Shown: one piece after another, positions 62,497 through 64,000 of the stretch
Layout of the letters: every line of letters begins with the position of its first letter
How positions within the stretch are numbered: position 1 is the first letter of the stretch
Assembly: GCF_009834535.1 (NCBI RefSeq)
Contig: NC_045696.1
Span: 111,664,001 to 111,728,000 of the forward strand
Direction of reading: 5' to 3'
DNA length: 64,000 bases
From: Camelus ferus
Taxonomy: Eukaryota
The notes under the pieces: model-generated
Told to the model about the DNA's origin: nothing
Database searches by the model: none
What the model saw: only the letters and a program-made list of their open reading frames with translations
Made by a program: the position numbers and the translations under genes

Positions 62497-63056
62497 TCTT
62501 CCCCAAGACTCGGCTCACCCCTTGGTGGGTGTTGAGCCAAAAGACACAGCCAAGTCAAAGATGGCGAGAAAGAAGGATTTATTACCTGCAGCAAGTAAGG
62601 AGAACATAGAGGATCTTTCCCAAAGCAGTGTCTCCCCGGACAGCAAAATCGGGGAGGTTTCTAAACTAAGCACACATGCACATTCACGGAGGGGCTTGAG
62701 CAGAGGAGAATTCAGCTTAGAATTGGGGCCCAGGTGGACAGAGGGCAGGTGTTGGTTGACTGAAGTCAGGAGGGTCAACAACATCATCCCATTGTGGGGG
62801 CCTTAGCTCCTGCAGATCTCAAAGACCATATCAGATTGTGATCTATATTCCTGAGGAGGAACTAGGTCTCTGTTTCATCACTGAGCTATTGTTTCTTGAC
62901 TGCTTTTCCTTTGCTCCTGCATTCTCTTCCCTTAAGATCACTGATGACTGAGACCTGTTCAAGGGCAAGCACTGTGGCCAGGCTTATGGCTTCTTTTATG
63001 TCAGGAAAGCCGTGCCTGGTTATCTTTCCCTGGGGACCCCTACCCTATCGCTTACA
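62497..63056 (-). mobile_element. ERV1 solo LTR (MER41-like group)
   Basis: Antisense polyA signal TTTATT at 62578-62583. GAGGAGGAACTAGG...TTTGCTCCTGCATTC...CCCTTAAGATCA. Ends GCTTACA. Left boundary approximate. Confidence 0.8.
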
Positions 63057-63367
63057 CCAGGGCCTCTCTATGGGTCAAGGAGGCAGCTAAGGAGCCATCT
63101 GTGAGTTGAGAAGCTGCCCCAGAATGTGGTTCTGATACCACTCCATTTATTTAGTTTAGGGAAAAATAGTAGTTGCCCTGGATAAATGACAATATCTAAG
63201 AACATCTCTCCAGGCTATGTGATAGTTTCTAAATTTAATATTTTAATAAATTATGTGAAGAGTGAATGCTCAAAAAAAACCTCACATTTGCAGATAAATG
63301 AAAATCTCTGGAGTATAAGTAAGCCAAGGTGATAGAGATAAAATGCCAAGAGATGAACTCCAATAGA

Positions 63368-63908
63368 TGTTAAGACTCTAAGCAGGACCCATGGGGCCCT
63401 CCTGGGTACAAAAGACTTTCCATGTTCCTGTTTTCTTGTTTGTAGGGAAAAGGTTTCAACCTCCTGGACCTTCCCTGAATTCCAAAATGCAGGTTCAAAT
63501 AGATACTAATCAGGAAAGTAAGGGGAGGCAGAAAGAAACAACAATGCATTGAGGGGGCAGGGTCCTGGTTCCTCCTCAAGGGACCTCCATCTCTGAGTTC
63601 TTCTGCAGGAGCTAAACCCCTACCCAGCTGGAGGATGGTAACTTCAGGCTGAGCACAAGAGTCCTGGAGCTCGGCCCTGTTACCTCCCCACCACCCAGTC
63701 AGAAGGAAGCCACACCCCCTGCAGCCCTCACTCCAAATTTTGCCTATAAAACTTCTCCTCAAAAACCATCTGGGGAGTTTGAGTCTTTCGAGCACGAGCC
63801 ACACATTCTCCTTGCTCGGCCCCGCAATAAATCTTTCTCTGCTCCAAACTGACATTTCAGTTTGTTTGGCCTCACTGTGCATCGAGCACACAAACTTGGC
63901 ATTTAACA
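63368..63908 (+). mobile_element. ERV1 solo LTR (MER41-like), well preserved
   Basis: TG...CA ends. TATAAAA at 63745-63751 and AATAAA at 63826-63831. Homologous to 45146-45791. Confidence 0.88.
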
Positions 63909-64000
63909 ACGTAAGAGAAAAGTAATAAACTCAGGGCAGAGTAAATCCAAATTATCTAAATCCATTGATTCTAAGAAACCAAAGGAACATAATCTCAGAT

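Noticed and set aside
63370..63909. 179-aa minus-strand ORF
   Set aside because: It coincides with the antisense strand of a solo LTR, has a non-ATG start and shows no recognisable domain.
1..64000. CRISPR arrays, prokaryotic operons, ERV internal genes, NUMT or viral insertions
   Set aside because: I saw no regularly spaced repeats and no gag/pol/env, mitochondrial or viral protein motifs. All LTRs appear solo. Very degraded remnants could be missed without a search.

Overview
This is repeat-dense eutherian mammal genomic DNA (intergenic or deep intronic). It is most likely camelid (alpaca, llama or camel): it carries three tRNA-Ala-derived SINEs resembling Vic-1, and I saw no Alu, BovB/Bov-tA, PRE-1, SINEC or ERE elements. 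I found no host protein-coding exon, functional RNA gene or CRISPR array. Every ORF I can recognise is a decayed LINE-1 ORF2 fragment, and the rest appear spurious. Well over half the window is interspersed repeat: L1 of several ages, L2, MIR, MaLR/ERVL/ERV1 solo LTRs, hAT MITEs and microsatellites. Subfamily names come from my recollection of consensus sequences, and boundaries without a target-site duplication (TSD) are approximate. The most unusual object is a composite L1 at about 32.95-35.94 kb. It has an in-frame endonuclease-to-RT internal deletion, a blunt 192-bp non-L1 insert, and a second L1 tail with a possible short 3' transduction. Other notable items are a 5'-intact, 3'-truncated L1 with a two-monomer 5'UTR and a nested antisense L1, a nearly intact tRNA-like SINE, a compact GATA/E-box/MARE motif cluster, and a dense LTR cluster at 60-64 kb. 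I cannot support a claim of a novel multi-gene system.
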